The notes beneath the pieces were generated by a model that was not told the DNA's origin, did not search any database, and worked only from the letters and a program-made list of their open reading frames with translations. Shown here in pieces: positions 63,066 through 64,000 of a DNA stretch of 64,000 nucleotides. The stretch lies in the NCBI GenBank assembly GCA_964373175.1, contig CAYJTP010000002.1, positions 40,402 to 104,401 on the forward strand, in the 5' to 3' direction. Position 1 is the first letter of the stretch. Each line of letters begins with the position of its first letter. The DNA is from an uncultured Planctomycetales bacterium. GTDB lineage: Bacteria > Omnitrophota > Gorgyraeia > Aquiviventales > Aquiviventaceae. The position numbers and the translations under genes were made by a program.

Positions 63066-63113
63066 AGACATGAGGCACAGGAGACCAGACACAACAAATG
63101 GGTAGTAAAAAGA

Positions 63114-63169
63114 GGGGTCAGACCCTGTGCGGGAATTTTGTCAGTTTTCGTGCGAAGGGTCTGACCCTG
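63114..63169. repeat. REP-like palindromic element ~50 nt after the giant ORF stop
   Basis: The arms gggtcagaccc (63115-63125) and gggtctgaccc (63158-63168) form a stem of about 12 bp with a ~30-nt loop. No U-tract follows. It is the same family as 36423-36480, in the opposite orientation. Confidence 0.75.
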
Positions 63170-63253
63170 AGCACGCTCACGGCAGGGGAACAGGGAAAGA
63201 GGGGACTGTCAAGAGTCTTCCAGGGCTCTCTTAGTACAAGATAAAAAAAGCAC

Positions 63254-63282
63254 TTGACAAGCTTTTTGAAAGATATTATTAT
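63254..63282 (+). promoter_or_regulatory. Sigma70-like promoter for the downstream gene
   Basis: TTGACA (63254-63259), a 17-nt spacer, then TATTAT (63277-63282), within an AT-rich patch. Confidence 0.55.
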
Positions 63283-63360
63283 ATGGCATCCTTTTCCTAT
63301 GTCTCGCTTGTGTCTAGGCTAACCACGGTGAGAGCTGATGGCTGTAAGAGGCCTGAAGTG

Positions 63361-64000
63361 ATGGGGAAGTCGAAGACAGGACGGCTTGGCATCTGGGCTG
63401 TCGTGTTCTTCTGCAGCGTGTTCCAGATCAGCCTAGCGGGTTCTAAAGTCGAGGCGGCTCAGACGTCCCAGGGTCTTCTGGACGCTTCCGATCTCGCCAT
63501 CCCCGAAGATCTTGGTTACGTGGTCGAAACTCATCGGCCAACCCCTTCCACCTCGTCCCATCCTGCCCTTGTTATCCACATCCAAGAAGCGCACACCAAC
63601 TACGAAGGCCAGCAGCACCTCGCGGGGATTCTCGAGCATCTCATCAAGCAGTACGGGCTTCGACTGATCCTCGTGGAAGGGGGGCAGGGGGATGTGGGCC
63701 TGTCCTACCTGCGCAGCTACGGTCCCCCAGAGACTCGCAAACAGGTCGCTGGCAAATACCTGAAAGCCGGCATCCTGAGCGGGGAGGAGTACTTGGATAT
63801 GGTCTCCGACTATCCGCTCATTCTCTGGGGGGTGGAGCAGCAGGATCTCTACCAGCAAAACGTCGAGGCGTTCCTGAAAGCCGAGGAAGTCCGGGATTCC
63901 CTGAAGCCCCTAGTCGCTTCGGTGAGGGAGGCGATCGAGCTCGTCAAACCCAAGGTGCAGGACCCCGCCCTGCAGGAGCTGGACACCAAGGGCCAGGCGT
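63361..64000 (+). CDS. Secreted hypothetical protein (3'-truncated by the window edge)
   Basis: The ATG at 63361 is preceded by AAGAGG 9 nt upstream. My hand translation is stop-free to nt 64000. The N-terminal 'MGKSKTGRLGIWAVVFFCSVFQISLAGSKVEAAQ' looks like a Sec signal peptide. This ORF is absent from the ORF track, presumably because no stop falls within the window. Confidence 0.65.
   Translation, partial: MGKSKTGRLGIWAVVFFCSVFQISLAGSKVEAAQTSQGLLDASDLAIPEDLGYVVETHRPTPSTSSHPALVIHIQEAHTNYEGQQHLAGILEHLIKQYGLRLILVEGGQGDVGLSYLRSYGPPETRKQVAGKYLKAGILSGEEYLDMVSDYPLILWGVEQQDLYQQNVEAFLKAEEVRDSLKPLVASVREAIELVKPKVQDPALQELDTKGQA

Noticed and set aside
21-63065. The giant ORF as a PKS/NRPS megasynthase or a repetitive adhesin.
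   Set aside because: I found no KS, AT, ACP/PCP (GxDS), condensation (HHxxxDG) or adenylation motifs, and no long Ig, cadherin or RTX tandem arrays. The sequence is mostly unique, heterogeneous domains.
63114-63169. The hairpin after the stop codon as a rho-independent terminator.
   Set aside because: The stem is about 12 bp but the loop is ~30 nt and no U-tract follows. The same element also occurs inside the ORF at 36423-36480, so it is better described as a REP-like repeat. It may still pause or stabilise transcripts.
63433-63858. The 141-aa minus-strand ORF in the track.
   Set aside because: It lies antisense to a better-supported + strand ORF (63361 to the window end) that has a promoter, an SD and a signal peptide. 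Its own translation is not protein-like.
1-64000. Stop-codon reassignment or an alternative genetic code as the explanation for the long ORF.
   Set aside because: All three stop codons are absent from only this one frame and are frequent in the other five. The ORF ends at a TAG that is followed by intergenic-looking sequence (hairpin, AT-rich promoter) and a new gene. A recoded stop would not produce this pattern.
1-64000. rRNA, tRNA, CRISPR arrays, transposases or IS ends, and phage integrases.
   Set aside because: I did not recognise any. The only HTH/transposase-like signal is the 5x HTH array, which has no associated DDE/RNase-H-like catalytic domain and no terminal inverted repeats.

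Overview
The sequence is GC-rich by eye and bacterial in style. It is dominated by one uninterrupted + strand reading frame that runs from the left window edge (open from nt 3; first start-like codon is TTG at 21) to a TAG at 63063-63065. That is at least 21,014 codons, or more than 63 kb. The other five frames are broken into short ORFs.

The frame looks coding along its whole length, because more than 30 recognisable modules can be read in it:
- Envelope and sugar chemistry: a GT48/FKS-like glycan-synthase-like membrane module, three HAD-like phosphatases, a CofD/YvcK-like module, a NAGPA-like phosphodiester glycosidase, a ROK/ASKHA-like sugar kinase, a GT4 glycosyltransferase and transaldolase.
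- Nucleotide and RNA enzymes: cytidylate kinase, a uridine-kinase-like module, a 2H phosphoesterase, and pol-beta-type and CCA/poly(A)-polymerase-like nucleotidyltransferases.
- Signalling: an RsbW-like HATPase, two receiver domains and a metallophosphoesterase-like module.
- Other: about seven class-I methyltransferase-like folds, acyl-CoA dehydrogenase, an alpha/beta hydrolase, TPR blocks, a 5x HTH array and four HExxH motifs.

These modules are strung between roughly 25 hydrophobic (TM) clusters. I saw no PKS/NRPS motifs and no Ig/cadherin-type adhesin repeats, so this is not the usual kind of giant bacterial gene. It resembles the multi-TM giant proteins reported from metagenomic Omnitrophota, but I cannot assign taxonomy from the sequence.

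The most unusual observation is at 51.5-53.6 kb. Five protein-like minus-strand genes lie entirely inside the giant ORF, in three cassettes:
- a DUF5678-like gene plus a retropepsin-like protease;
- a small coiled-coil protein;
- a DUF433 plus DUF5615/PIN-like toxin-antitoxin-like pair.

Each cassette has its own sigma70-like promoter with exact 17-nt spacing. The giant ORF stays stop-free through all of them. The cassettes are bracketed by direct repeats that encode a TM helix on the + strand.

A REP-like hairpin element (GGGTCAGACCC...GGGTCTGACCC) occurs both just after the stop codon and in-frame inside the ORF. An internal lipoprotein-type signal peptide and several perfect direct repeats also point to growth by in-frame capture and duplication of modules.

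Downstream of the stop there is a hairpin, a TTGACA-17-TATTAT promoter and a 3'-truncated gene for a signal-peptide protein (63361 to the window end). I saw no rRNA, tRNA, CRISPR array or transposase. All domain calls rest on motif-level reading, not on searches.
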